From Candidatus Latescibacterota bacterium (GTDB lineage: Bacteria > Latescibacterota > UBA2968 > SICM01), in the NCBI GenBank assembly GCA_965217865.1, contig CBDCJO010000002.1:1920001-1984000 (forward strand): DNA of 64,000 nt, given 5' to 3'. This document shows, one piece after another, positions 1 to 10,485 of this stretch. The translations under genes and the position numbers were made by a program. A model generated the notes under the pieces. It made no database searches. It was given only the letters and a program-made list of their open reading frames with translations, and was not told the DNA's origin. Numbering within the stretch: the stretch's first letter is position 1; each line of letters starts with the position of its first letter.

Positions 1-280
1 CGGACGCCCATTCCTCGGCATCGTATGTTCCACGATCCCAGATCTCTACCGTCCCGGCCCCATATTCCCCCTCGGGGATCGACCCCTCAAAATCGGCGTA
101 ATCCAGATCGTGGTCTTCAACGGCGACGGCCAGCCGCTTGACGTCCTTCTCCTCGGGAACACCCTTCGGGACAGCCCAGCTCTTCAAGACCCCTTCTCTT
201 TCGAGCCGAAAATCATAATGAAGCGTCCTGGCGTGGTGCTTCTGAACGATAAATTTGAGTTTGGCCTCCTGAGTCTGCAT
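1..280 (-). CDS. LigD-type 3'-phosphoesterase (PE) domain protein, 3' end outside window
   Basis: Not in ORF track. Manual translation from ATG at 280: [40 protein letters not shown]...[39 protein letters not shown], the characteristic LigD PE signature. Confidence 0.9.
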   Translation of the reverse strand, partial: MQTQEAKLKFIVQKHHARTLHYDFRLEREGVLKSWAVPKGVPEEKDVKRLAVAVEDHDLDYADFEGSIPEGEYGAGTVEIWDRGTYDAEEWAS

Positions 281-449
281 TTTCACGATGATCAAAAAAG
301 AGATCCTTCGGGCACAAGGGTCCCTCAGGATGACCTTTGGCACCCCGCTCGCTCCTCACCCCACCTCGCACCCCTCTCCCGACCTCATTGAATATTGAAT
401 ATCGGAGAATTGAATATTTAATTTCCTATGCCCCTCCGACCCTGACTTT

Positions 450-3400
450 TTACATTTTACATTTTTCACTTTGCAATTCCCACCCGCACATCCCCTCGAT
501 CGCCTTACGTACCTCTGTGAGACCTTTTGCAGGGTCAACTTCTGACAGTTGGGCATCCACAACAGTCTGTTCACCGATCGAGAACTCCAGGGGAAGGTGG
601 GACCCCTGGATCATCTTTTCCACATCCGAACGCTCCAACTCCCGGTCACCAGGAAAAGTCATGCGGAGCCCCGCAACGACGGTGACAGACTCCAACCCGA
701 GAATTCTCGCCCCGACCTTGACCCGAATCACGTCGAGCAAAGCCTCCGCCGGAGGCGGGAGACGACCGAAGCGGTCTACAAGCTCCTCCTCTATATTCTC
801 GACCTCTTCGAACCCCCGGGCATCCGCCAACCGTCGATAGAACTCCATCTTCAGATCAACGTCCGGGATATAATCTTCGGGCAAAAAAGTGGAGGCCTGG
901 ACGTGGATCTTGGGATCCGGTCTCCTGTCAACCTCCTGGCCCCGAAGCTCCTGGACCGCCTCGTCCATCAGACGGCAATAGAGGTCGAACCCCACTTCAG
1001 CGATAAATCCATGCTGCTGCGCCCCGAGAACGTTCCCGGCCCCCCGGATCTCCAGGTCGCGCATGGAGATGTGGAAACCCGAACCCAGATCGGAGAACTC
1101 CTCGATCGTTCGAAGCCTGCGGAGGGCGATCCTCGACAGCGACTTTCGAGGGGGGGTGATCAGGAAGGCATAGGCCCGCATGTTGGATCGCCCTACCCGG
1201 CCGCGAAGCTGATAGAGCTGAGCCAATCCGAAGCGGTCCGCTCGATTGACGATGATCGTGTTTACAGATGGGATATCAAGACCCGATTCGATGATCATGG
1301 TCGAAATAAGACAATCGTATTTCCGATCCAGGAATTCGAGCATGACCTGCTCGAGCTCCCGTTCCGGCATCTGTCCGTGACCCATCGCGAATTTGACCTC
1401 TGGAAGGAGCTCCCGGAGGAATGACGCAACAGATTCTATCGACTGCACCCTGTTGTGAACAAAATAGACCTGGCCGCCCCGGTCGATCTCCCTCAGGATG
1501 GCCTCGGCGATCCGGCTTTCGTCAAACGGAATGATCTCGGTATAGATCGGAAGTCGGTCGCGGGGAGGCGTGTTGATGATCGACATGTCCCGAGCCCCCA
1601 TCAGCGACATGTGGAGGGTTCTGGGTATGGGAGTTGCCGTAAGGGTAAGGGCATCGACGAGACGCTTCATCTGTTTGATCCGCTCTTTATGTTTCACACC
1701 GAACCGTTGCTCCTCGTCCACCACAAGAAGACCGAGATCCTTAAACACGACGTCCTTGGATAAAATGCGGTGTGTCCCGATGACGATATCCACCACGCCG
1801 GCTTTAAGCGCCTTCACCACGTTTTTCAACTCCCCCGGCGTTCGGAAACGGCTCATCATCTCCACACGGACCGGAAGGTCGCGCATGCGTTCGCGGAAAG
1901 TTCTGTAGTGCTGTTGCGCCAGGATCGTCGTAGGAACCAGAATCGCGGCCTGCTTCCCGTCCGCCACGACCTTGAAGGCCGCTCTGATCGCAACCTCCGT
2001 CTTGCCGTAGCCCACATCCCCGCAAACCAGCCTGTCCATGGGGGAATTTTCCTCCATGTCCCTCGTGACATCTTCGACAGCCTTGAGTTGATCGGGAGTC
2101 TCCTGGAAGGGAAAGGACATTTCAAGCGCTTGATGGAGGGCCCCATCCGGTGAATACCCAAATCCCGTCTTCGTCTTCCGCTCCGCATACAACATCAGGA
2201 GTTCCTGGGCCATCTCCATGATGTCCTTCTTTGTTCGTTCCTTGATCTTCTCCCAGGCCATCCCCCCTAATTTGCTCAGGACAGGTTGTGCGCCTTCCTC
2301 CGTCGAATATTTTTGAACCCGGTCGAGCTGGTCCACGGGGACGAAAAGCTTGTCCTCATTCCGATAGATGAGGACCAGACAGTCCCGCTCGGCGCCGTCA
2401 ACTGTGATTCTCTCAACCCCCTGATAACTCCCGATACCGTGATCGATATGGACGACAAAGTCCCTTCTGGACAGGGCTGCGTAATCGGTGAGGGGCGTTC
2501 CCCCCTTGAATCGGCGATATCTCGACTTCCTCCGGAAACGGCGGTATACCTCGTGGTCATTGACTACGAAAAGTCGTGCCGGTTCATACACAAAACCCTC
2601 GTGTAACGTCCCGGCCGAAAGGGTGACGGCTCCCGCTGTATCTTCCAACAGATCCTCCAGCCGGTCCACCTGCTTGTCGCTTTCGCAAAGGATATTCATG
2701 TCGTAATTCAGAGCGGCATAAGCGAGAACGTCCTCTTTCAGCGAACCGATGCTTCCCTCATACAGTCTCCCCCCTCTCCCCCCGAACTCGATGACCTTTT
2801 CGGTACCTTTGAAGGGCGTGTGGACGACACGTCGAAATCCCTCCAACCTTTTTTGGACCTCCTGGGACGGGTGCAGGACATCAGAGATCGAAAGGGACGC
2901 CACCACATCCCTCTGGGGGCGATCTAAAGCGCCACGAACCTCCTCCTCCACAGATTTTCCTGCCGCACAGACATCTTCCGGGTCGTCCAGGATGAGAATG
3001 GTGTCCGCCTTTAGATGATCCAACAGGGAGGTCCTTTGGCCATACATAAGCGAGAGGTATCTCTCTATCCCGTCGAACGACCCGCGTCGGGAAACCACAT
3101 CCAGGATATCCGAGAACGAATCCCCGCGGCCTTCAGACGCCTTTTTCAGATTTTGGGTGTACACATCTTCCATCAAATTGAGAAACACCGCTTCCCTGCA
3201 GGGAAGAATGTGTACCTCTTTAAGCCGATCGATAGATCGTTGGGTGGAAAAGTCGAATGTCCGGATCGATTCCACCTGCTCGTCGAAGAACTCGATACGG
3301 ACAGGCCGTTCGTTACCGAACGAACAGATGTCAAGGATGCCCCCTCTGACGCTGAACTGGCCCACCCCCTCAACGGTCACCACCCGCTCGAACCCGATCT

Positions 3401-3878
3401 CGACCAGATGCTCGGAGAGTGTCTCCAGATCGACTTCGTCGCCGACGCTCAGGGATCTCCGGCAGAGGGCGAAGACCTCGGGCGGCATCGTGTGACCCAT
3501 CAACGCCTTGATCGTCGTCACAACCACAATAGGACGATCGGATGCGAGATCGTCCAGAGCTTCGATGCGAAGTCCCGTGACATCATAGTGCGGTGACCGC
3601 TCCTCGTGGAGAGGGGCGTCCCAGGCGGGAAAATAGGCGACAACCTCCGATCCGATAAAGGTTTCGATGTCGTCCCTGAGGAGTTCAGCACGTTCTTCTT
3701 CCCCGGCCACCAGGAGGATGGGCCCATCGTGTACCTCCCGGACCCACCCGAAGGCGGCGGCGGCAATCGACCCGTTCAGGCCGTGGAGCGCCAGTTCCTC
3801 CGGGCCCTTCCTGAGTTCCCCCTTTAGTGCCTGAAAAGGCGCGGAATGAACGAGCTTTGAATAAATCCGATTGATCAA
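450..3878 (-). CDS. mfd: transcription-repair coupling factor
   Basis: 1142 aa; UvrB-like N-terminus, CarD-like VVHIDHGIG, GDVGYGKT, DEEQRFG, TATPIPRT, QLRGRVGR, TRCF C-terminus. Confidence 0.97.
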   Translation of the reverse strand: MINRIYSKLVHSAPFQALKGELRKGPEELALHGLNGSIAAAAFGWVREVHDGPILLVAGEEERAELLRDDIETFIGSEVVAYFPAWDAPLHEERSPHYDVTGLRIEALDDLASDRPIVVVTTIKALMGHTMPPEVFALCRRSLSVGDEVDLETLSEHLVEIGFERVVTVEGVGQFSVRGGILDICSFGNERPVRIEFFDEQVESIRTFDFSTQRSIDRLKEVHILPCREAVFLNLMEDVYTQNLKKASEGRGDSFSDILDVVSRRGSFDGIERYLSLMYGQRTSLLDHLKADTILILDDPEDVCAAGKSVEEEVRGALDRPQRDVVASLSISDVLHPSQEVQKRLEGFRRVVHTPFKGTEKVIEFGGRGGRLYEGSIGSLKEDVLAYAALNYDMNILCESDKQVDRLEDLLEDTAGAVTLSAGTLHEGFVYEPARLFVVNDHEVYRRFRRKSRYRRFKGGTPLTDYAALSRRDFVVHIDHGIGSYQGVERITVDGAERDCLVLIYRNEDKLFVPVDQLDRVQKYSTEEGAQPVLSKLGGMAWEKIKERTKKDIMEMAQELLMLYAERKTKTGFGYSPDGALHQALEMSFPFQETPDQLKAVEDVTRDMEENSPMDRLVCGDVGYGKTEVAIRAAFKVVADGKQAAILVPTTILAQQHYRTFRERMRDLPVRVEMMSRFRTPGELKNVVKALKAGVVDIVIGTHRILSKDVVFKDLGLLVVDEEQRFGVKHKERIKQMKRLVDALTLTATPIPRTLHMSLMGARDMSIINTPPRDRLPIYTEIIPFDESRIAEAILREIDRGGQVYFVHNRVQSIESVASFLRELLPEVKFAMGHGQMPERELEQVMLEFLDRKYDCLISTMIIESGLDIPSVNTIIVNRADRFGLAQLYQLRGRVGRSNMRAYAFLITPPRKSLSRIALRRLRTIEEFSDLGSGFHISMRDLEIRGAGNVLGAQQHGFIAEVGFDLYCRLMDEAVQELRGQEVDRRPDPKIHVQASTFLPEDYIPDVDLKMEFYRRLADARGFEEVENIEEELVDRFGRLPPPAEALLDVIRVKVGARILGLESVTVVAGLRMTFPGDRELERSDVEKMIQGSHLPLEFSIGEQTVVDAQLSEVDPAKGLTEVRKAIEGMCGWELQSEKCKM

Positions 3879-3927
3879 GGTGACCTCACATCAGATCAAT
3901 TGATTTTGCATTTTCTATTTTTCACTT

Positions 3928-4906
3928 TCATAGCATCTGCCCATCTTCCGGAGAAATCCTTATTCTTCCCGCGGAGTTCAGTTCCTGAGCCAGGTTCACG
4001 ATCCGAATCTGCGCTTCCTCCACTTCGCTCCGCCGCTTCGGCCCCAACATCCCGACTTCCCCCTTAAGGTCTGCAGCCACCCGCTTCGACAGATTGCTCA
4101 GGATTCGTCCCTTGAGGGGATCTGAGGCCAGCTTCATCGCAACGGTAAAGTCCCCCACGTTCCACCTGTTTGAAGAGCTCCTGAAGGTCCCGATCGGTCA
4201 ATCCGGCAAGATCTTCGAACGTGAACATCTTCTCACGGACCCGGCTCGCCAGATCCGGGTCCTCCCCTTCCAACCGCTCGAGAACGGATCGTTCCAGGGT
4301 ACCACCCACCCGGTTAAGTATTCCCGCAACACGATCGGGCCCCTTCACCTCCACACCCCCGGATACCAGGGCGTTCAACTCGGACGAGAGGTTCTTCTCC
4401 ATATCCTGGAGGATATCAGGTGCAACATCGCCCAAGGTGGCAATCCGGTAGGCCACGTCATTTTGCAACTCCGATGGGAGGGAGGCCAGGGTCCCGGCCG
4501 ATATCCCGGGGTCCATCCGGGAGAGGATCAGGGCGATCACCTGGGGATGCTCCTTCTGCAAAAGGTCCGCGATTCTTTCGGGTTGAATTCCTTTTGGGAC
4601 CAACGATTTTTCGGAGACCGAGGTGACCCGCCCCATGATTTTCTGTGCCCTCTTCGGCCCCACCACCCGCTCGACGGTATCCCGTGCGAATTCAATACCC
4701 CCTTCATCCACGGTCTTACCGGACCGCAACAAACCCTCGAACTCCGCCAAAGCATTGTCAACCTCTTCGGATGTGACGGAGCTCATAGAGGCGATGGCGA
4801 GGGTGATCTTTTCAATCTCATCCTCTCGAAGATGCTTCATGATCTCTGCAACTGCATCCTCCCCGAGGCCGATCAGGATGGTTGCGACTTTTTGTCGAGG
4901 CGTCAT
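3928..4906 (-). pseudogene. fliG: FliG-like flagellar switch protein split by a +1 frameshift
   Basis: ORF 4064-4906 has FliG motifs (QKVATILIGLG, GGIEFA, EHPQVIALIL, MFTFEDL). The C-terminus (LSKRVAADL...GPKRRSEVEEAQIRIV) continues in ORF 3928-4158. Removing one G from the G5 run at 4152-4156 restores one frame; may be a sequencing indel. Confidence 0.85.
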
Positions 4907-4946
4907 CGTTTCCTGACAGGTTCTATACGGACATTGCGGTTTGCCG

Positions 4947-4975
4947 TTGACGTTTTTTCACAAGGTTATTATGTT
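4947..4975 (+). promoter_or_regulatory. sigma70-like promoter
   Basis: TTGACG-N17-TATGTT upstream of the 5200 ORF. Confidence 0.45.
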
Positions 4976-5012
4976 ATATTAACATCGAGACCTTCCAGGT
5001 GGCGGAAGGTCT

Positions 5013-5140
5013 CCCGCAGGGATCCCATGAACTCTATAATAGTCCACCGTGGGGAAATCGTCAAGCCGAATGTCCCCCGCAGGGATCCCATGAACTCTAT
5101 AATAGTCCACCGTGGGGAAATCGTCAAGCCGAATGTCCCC
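5013..5140. repeat. 63-bp direct tandem duplication
   Basis: CCCGCAGGGATCCCATGAACTCTATAATAGTCCACCGTGGGGAAATCGTCAAGCCGAATGTCC occurs twice with period 63. Confidence 0.95.
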
Positions 5141-5199
5141 ACGGTTCATGGCTCCTCCTGCCGGTTGAACTGAATCCGGTGGTTTGAAAGTGACCCGAC

Positions 5200-7899
5200 A
5201 TGCAGAACGTCAGATATCTCACTCGCTTGGCCGCTGTTGTCTTGACCGTATTGACTCCGGAGGTCTCGTTAAAGGCTGCCGAAACCCTTGAAGACGTCAG
5301 CGTTGAGGCAGGTCTTGCGGACTTGATGCCGGTCGGCGGGATGAAGGTGGATTTCGACCGGGACGGTGCGTTGGACCTTGTCCTGGCCACAAGGGAGGTC
5401 CCATCTCTAATCGTATATCGAAATATCCAGGGATCGGGACCGACCCGATTCGAAGAGGCTGGTGTGACGTTCAACCCCGAACACGAAGGGATCAGCACGG
5501 CGGCTTGGGGAGACTTTGACGAAGACGGGGACCTGGACCTGTTCACATCGACCCGGTATGGGACGAGCCGGCTATATCGAAACAATGGCAGTGACTTCGA
5601 GGACGTGGCGGCGTCAATGGGTTTGAAGAATGACGGGGCGTTGGACGCCGCCTGGGGGGACTATGACACCGATGGAGATCTGGACCTGATCGTGGGGCGG
5701 GTCGCCGATCTACGCCTCTTCCGGAACGACAGGACGAATTTCGTTGATGTGACGGGGGGAGTCGGTCTCTCCAATATCACAATCGTCTCCGATGTCGACT
5801 GGGTCGATTTCGATAACGACGGACGCCTCGATCTCTGGTGCGCCGGGCCGAGATCCGTTAACCGCCTTTTCCAAAATCTGGGGGCGATTGGGCCGGGTGG
5901 AAGCTGGGAATTTGTGGATGTCGCTCCGGATGCGGGAATCGCCGAGTCCCACACGACTCGTATGGGCGCTTGGGGAGACTACGACAACGACGGCGACCAG
6001 GATCTTTACCTCGTCAACGGTCATGGTCCGAATCGTTTGCTTCGCTACGGAAACTCGGTTTTCGAGGATGTCTCCCAAATAGGCGTCGACGACGAGGAAA
6101 GCGGGATCGGCGCAACCTGGATCGACTTCGACAGCGACGCGGACCTGGATCTCTACCTGGTCAACCTCCTTGGACCGGACCGTCTGTTCCGAAACGATGT
6201 CGATCGGTTTACGGATATATCGGGTTCACTCGGCATCGGGGGGAGAGAGGTCGTGAATGGCGTATGGGGGGACTTCGACAGGGACGGCGTGCCGGATCTT
6301 TTCGAAGCCCGGGTGGGATCTCTCCGTCTCTTTCGGGGAAAGGCAAATCAGAACGGCTCGCTTAATTTGCGTGTAGGAGATCCGGCTGGGGCACGTGTCA
6401 CAGTCAACTCGAATGGGATCCGGCAGGTTCGGGAGCTCCAGGATGGAATGGCCTTGTTCGGACTCGGCCCGCAGTCCGGAACCGAAATCGTGACCGTAAT
6501 CTGGCCTGACGGAAGCCGGATCACAAGATACCGGGAACCGGGAACCAAGATCATGCAAATCGCTCGGGATGACCGCCTTCCGACATTGGACGTTGACGCG
6601 AAGGATCTGGTCTTTGGAAAAGTCGAATTTGCGGCCAAATCCAGCTCAGTGATCTTGAATCGAGGTGAGGCGCCAATGACCCTCCGGACCGCAGGGGTAA
6701 ACCACCCCGCCTTCCGGGTCGAGGTCGACCTCCCCCAGGTTATCCAGCCCGGTGAGTCCTTAGTCCTCCCCGTACATTTTTCGCCTGGCAAACCGGGTCT
6801 CCAGACCGGGATCCTCACCGTTCAGACGGATGACCCGTGGCACGGACAGGGGTCGATACCCTTGTCCGCAACGGCCGTGGTCCCCGACATCTCCACTTCG
6901 GTCGAACAGGTGGACTTCGGACCGACGCCCGTCGGAAAATCGACCTCCTCGGAAATCGCGATTTTCAACAGGGGTGTTCGGACCCTGACCCTCTCCTCGG
7001 TGTCGACCGAAGGCCCGTTTGAAGTCGAAGGGTCTCCTTCGATGACGGTTGCCCCGGGGGAATCCCAGACCTTGTCAATTGGATTCAATCCATTCGCCGT
7101 CGGTCCGGCGACCGGTTCTCTGTTCATCCTCTCGGATGATCCGGACCGGCACGAGACATCCCTCGTCCTGGAGGGCCGGGGTCGCGGAACCCCGGTTGTG
7201 GTCCTATCTTCTCCTGAACTCGACTTTGGCGGGGTTCTGGTCGGAAACGCTCACGCGATGCCCCTCACCGTTTCCAACGAGGGGGACGATGACCTTACCG
7301 TCGGCCATATCTCCGTCTCAAATCCATTTGGGGCGCCCGATAAACCTTTTGTCCTCGGACCGGGGGAACTCACGGAGTTGGAAGTTCTCTTCAAACCACT
7401 GCAGCCCGGAGATGTTCTGAAAACACTCACCTTGACCACGGACGAAGAAACGCCCTTCCTGGGAGACCCTTCTCTGAATCCCCCTCACATCTTGAAAAAC
7501 GACGTTGTGACATTCGGCAGCGCCCGTCCCACCTCCACGGGTCCGGTCCCGGGTGGCAGCGGTCTGCTCGGCCTTCTGACCTTCCGGCCGACCGACGGTT
7601 TTACCCCCGACAGGACTACCGCTTTACGGGTTGAAGGGGTTTCCCTTCGAAATCCGTCCGGAAATTCAGAGATCGGAGAGTCCGTGGTCCTCACGATCCA
7701 GAGGGGAAAATTTGGGATCCTGCGGGGAGATATCAACGAAGATGGATCAATCGATCTGGCCGACTTCTTCCTCCTGGGCCAAGGGTTCGGCCTGCACGAG
7801 GCGGATCCCGACTTCGATGGTCGGCTTGACCTGAACGGGGATGGAATCATCGGACTTGAGGATCTTTTTATCTTTCAGGATGGAATGGGAAAAAAGTGA
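5200..7899 (+). CDS. secreted FG-GAP/CRTAC1-like protein with ASPIC/UnbV, Ig-like (choice-of-anchor D/ASH) domains and dockerin/EF-hand-like C-terminus
   Basis: Signal peptide; repeated WGD(F/Y)DxDGDLDL; FGLG...VIWPDG; three (V/L)xFG...NxG...L Ig-like repeats; terminal GDINEDGSIDLADFF...DLNGDGIIGLEDLF. Confidence 0.85.
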   Translation: MQNVRYLTRLAAVVLTVLTPEVSLKAAETLEDVSVEAGLADLMPVGGMKVDFDRDGALDLVLATREVPSLIVYRNIQGSGPTRFEEAGVTFNPEHEGISTAAWGDFDEDGDLDLFTSTRYGTSRLYRNNGSDFEDVAASMGLKNDGALDAAWGDYDTDGDLDLIVGRVADLRLFRNDRTNFVDVTGGVGLSNITIVSDVDWVDFDNDGRLDLWCAGPRSVNRLFQNLGAIGPGGSWEFVDVAPDAGIAESHTTRMGAWGDYDNDGDQDLYLVNGHGPNRLLRYGNSVFEDVSQIGVDDEESGIGATWIDFDSDADLDLYLVNLLGPDRLFRNDVDRFTDISGSLGIGGREVVNGVWGDFDRDGVPDLFEARVGSLRLFRGKANQNGSLNLRVGDPAGARVTVNSNGIRQVRELQDGMALFGLGPQSGTEIVTVIWPDGSRITRYREPGTKIMQIARDDRLPTLDVDAKDLVFGKVEFAAKSSSVILNRGEAPMTLRTAGVNHPAFRVEVDLPQVIQPGESLVLPVHFSPGKPGLQTGILTVQTDDPWHGQGSIPLSATAVVPDISTSVEQVDFGPTPVGKSTSSEIAIFNRGVRTLTLSSVSTEGPFEVEGSPSMTVAPGESQTLSIGFNPFAVGPATGSLFILSDDPDRHETSLVLEGRGRGTPVVVLSSPELDFGGVLVGNAHAMPLTVSNEGDDDLTVGHISVSNPFGAPDKPFVLGPGELTELEVLFKPLQPGDVLKTLTLTTDEETPFLGDPSLNPPHILKNDVVTFGSARPTSTGPVPGGSGLLGLLTFRPTDGFTPDRTTALRVEGVSLRNPSGNSEIGESVVLTIQRGKFGILRGDINEDGSIDLADFFLLGQGFGLHEADPDFDGRLDLNGDGIIGLEDLFIFQDGMGKK

Positions 7900-7951
7900 T
7901 TGTCGCTCTCCTTCCCACGATCACCTGATAAAACCCAAAACCCGAGAGGAT

Positions 7952-9310
7952 ATGCCCGGGACATCCACCAACGAAACTTTTGTGACAAAGGCCGACTTCG
8001 GCGACCTCAACTATGAAGGGTTGATGGACTGCGTCCACTGCGGGCTCTGTCTGGGCGCCTGCCCCACCTATCGCGTCCTCGGGGTGGAGATGGACAACCC
8101 GCGAGGACGTATCTACCAGATTAGAGCCGTGGCCGACGGAACCCTTCCCCTCAATCAGACATTCGTCGATCACATGTACCTCTGCCTCGACTGCCGCGCG
8201 TGCGAGACCGCATGTCCTTCGGGGGTCCACTTCGGTGCGCGCATGGAAGAAGCCCGGGGGATGATCGAGACGAACTTCACCCGTTCCTGGATGGGCCGGC
8301 TTCTCTGGTCCTTCGCCTTCAAGCACCTCTTCCCTTCCCCATCCCTTTTCGCCGTCCTGATCTCCGGTATGCGGTTCTATCAAATATCCGGACTTCAGTG
8401 GCTCCTCCGTAAAAGCGGATTATTGAAACGCCTGCCCGGAGGAATGGCAAAAAAGGAGTCGTTCATGCCGGACATCCCCCCCGGCCATCTCAGGGCTCCC
8501 ATACCTGAGGAAACCCCTCCTGTCGGATCCCTGAATCACCGGGTCGGGTTCGCGACCGGCTGTATCATGAGCCTCCTTTTCGGGAAGATCAATCGGGATA
8601 CCGTACGGGTCCTTGCTCGGAACGGCAACCAGGTCGTCGCCCCTTCCGGGCAGGTCTGCTGCGGGGCCCTCAACATCCACAACGGAGAGAGAGTCGTATC
8701 CAAAGACCTTGCGCGACGCAACATCGAAGTCTTCGAGCGCTCACACGTAGAGTTCATCCTCTCCAACTCGGCCGGGTGCGGAGCGACGCTCAGAGAATAC
8801 GCGGATCTCCTCGGCGACGATCCGGAATACGCGGACCGGGCCAAGGAATTCAGCGCGAAGGTCCGGGACGTCGCTGAATTCCTTTCAGAAGAGGGTTTCA
8901 CCCCGCCCCAGGGCGAGATAGAATCCAGAGTGACATATGACGATGCGTGCCACCTCATTCACGGGCAGGGGGTCTCGAAGCAGCCCAGGAAATTGCTTCA
9001 AACCATCCGGGGGGCCGAACTCGTTCCACTTCGAAACGCCGACCACTGCTGCGGGAGTGCGGGGATCTACAACCTGACGAATTCAGAGATGGCGGAGCGA
9101 ATACTCGAAGATAAGATGGAGCACGTCAAGGAGACCGGTGCCGACATCCTGGTCACCGGAAATCCAGGCTGCTTGATCCAGCTAAAGTCGGGCGTTCGAA
9201 CGGCGGGATTGGACTTGGAAGTCGTCCACACGATGGAGCTTCTGGAGCGGGCTTATCAAAACGAGGGCCAGGAGCCGGGGGTCGAAGATAAGGTGGAGGA
9301 CTCGAAGTGA
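7952..9310 (+). CDS. glcF: glycolate oxidase iron-sulfur subunit-like (CCG-domain Fe-S oxidoreductase)
   Basis: CVHCGLCLGACPT, CLDCRACETACPSGV, two CCG motifs, GNPGC; ATG at 7952 after GAGGA. Confidence 0.8.
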   Translation: MPGTSTNETFVTKADFGDLNYEGLMDCVHCGLCLGACPTYRVLGVEMDNPRGRIYQIRAVADGTLPLNQTFVDHMYLCLDCRACETACPSGVHFGARMEEARGMIETNFTRSWMGRLLWSFAFKHLFPSPSLFAVLISGMRFYQISGLQWLLRKSGLLKRLPGGMAKKESFMPDIPPGHLRAPIPEETPPVGSLNHRVGFATGCIMSLLFGKINRDTVRVLARNGNQVVAPSGQVCCGALNIHNGERVVSKDLARRNIEVFERSHVEFILSNSAGCGATLREYADLLGDDPEYADRAKEFSAKVRDVAEFLSEEGFTPPQGEIESRVTYDDACHLIHGQGVSKQPRKLLQTIRGAELVPLRNADHCCGSAGIYNLTNSEMAERILEDKMEHVKETGADILVTGNPGCLIQLKSGVRTAGLDLEVVHTMELLERAYQNEGQEPGVEDKVEDSK

Positions 9311-9356
9311 ATGTCCGGTACGTTAGGCACCGACATCGGACACCTGGACCCTGTCT

Positions 9357-9989
9357 CTATATTCCCATGAAGATCCTGCTGAAGAAATAAACCGGGGGGA
9401 GGATGAACCATCCGATCAGGGAGAATTGAAGGATCCAACTGGATAAAATCAACACGATCAGGAGGATCGAAAGATACCGCTCCGCATTACGATAGACCAT
9501 CTCATGCCGAAGCGGCAGGAGACCCGAAAGGATCTTTGAGCCGTCCAGTGGAGGAAGCGGAATCAGGTTGAAGAAGGCCAGGATCAGATTGATAAAGACC
9601 GCATACTGGAGGATTCCAATAGCCTCTCCCCACTGAAAAACCCCTGCAGGGAGATACCGGAAGATCAAACCGAGGGCTGCCGCAGAGATCACATTCGAAG
9701 CCGGACCGGCCAGGGCAATCCAGAGCATATCCCGCTTGGGGCGCTTCAGGTATCGAACATCCACGGGCACGGGTTTTCCCCATCCAAAACCGACGAGGAA
9801 GATCATGACCGTGCCCAGAGGGTCGAGATGGGCCAATGGATTCATCGTCAGGCGGCCCATCAACCGCGCGGTTGAATCCCCAAGCCGATTGGCTGCCCAG
9901 GCGTGCGCAAACTCGTGCACCGTCAGAGCGAACAGGATGGCGGGAGCGATCAAAAGCAGGCGATGAATGTCTGGAAACAAACCGCTCAT
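9357..9989 (-). CDS. site-2 protease family (M50) protein
   Basis: HEFAH, AGPASN, FNLIPLPPLDG motifs. Confidence 0.92.
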   Translation of the reverse strand: MSGLFPDIHRLLLIAPAILFALTVHEFAHAWAANRLGDSTARLMGRLTMNPLAHLDPLGTVMIFLVGFGWGKPVPVDVRYLKRPKRDMLWIALAGPASNVISAAALGLIFRYLPAGVFQWGEAIGILQYAVFINLILAFFNLIPLPPLDGSKILSGLLPLRHEMVYRNAERYLSILLIVLILSSWILQFSLIGWFILPPVYFFSRIFMGI

Positions 9990-10124
9990 ACACATGAAAG
10001 TATATCGATATGCGTGAGAAGTCAAGGATCTCGGCCTGTTCAAGCTTGCGTGACATCCGGGAAAAGGTTAGATTTACCGCTTCGAAAAAGATTGGACTTT
10101 ATTCAAACAGAAAGGAGTTGTGCC

Positions 10125-10379
10125 ATGACGAGAGACCGATTCGTGAAAGTGATGCTCGTACTCATCGCAGTCCTGCTTTTTGCGAACCTGGTGCAGGATC
10201 TCGTGACCATAAAACCTGCCTTCGCAGCTACCTCTGAATCTTCATCCGAATTAAATGGGCAGATCAGCGGAACCGGTTCCGCGGCCTGGGTCCTGTTCGG
10301 CAGTCAGATCTTCTATGTAAAATTCAACACCAAATACAAAGAGCTCGATATCACCGGACCGGAGACCCTGAACCTTTGA
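10125..10379 (+). CDS. small hypothetical exported/membrane protein
   Basis: AAGGAG RBS before ATG; hydrophobic N-terminus with AFA cleavage-like site; downstream hairpin. Confidence 0.7.
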   Translation: MTRDRFVKVMLVLIAVLLFANLVQDLVTIKPAFAATSESSSELNGQISGTGSAAWVLFGSQIFYVKFNTKYKELDITGPETLNL

Positions 10380-10435
10380 GAATCGCTTATGAACGGCACA
10401 ACCGGAGCATAGAACCCAACGTTCTCTTCTTCACC

Positions 10436-10467
10436 AACGAGCCAAGCCCCTATGCGCTTGGCTCGTT
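10436..10467 (+). terminator. putative terminator hairpin
   Basis: AACGAGCCAAGC...GCTTGGCTCGTT inverted repeat. Confidence 0.5.
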
Positions 10468-10485
10468 CCTTGTATAACAGGTAAC

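Noticed and set aside
5013-5140. Possible mini-CRISPR (63-bp period)
   Set aside because: The whole unit is identical in both copies, so there is no repeat/spacer structure.
4094-5173. 359-aa plus-strand ORF and similar long antisense ORFs throughout
   Set aside because: Shadows of real genes expected in GC-rich DNA; no motifs.
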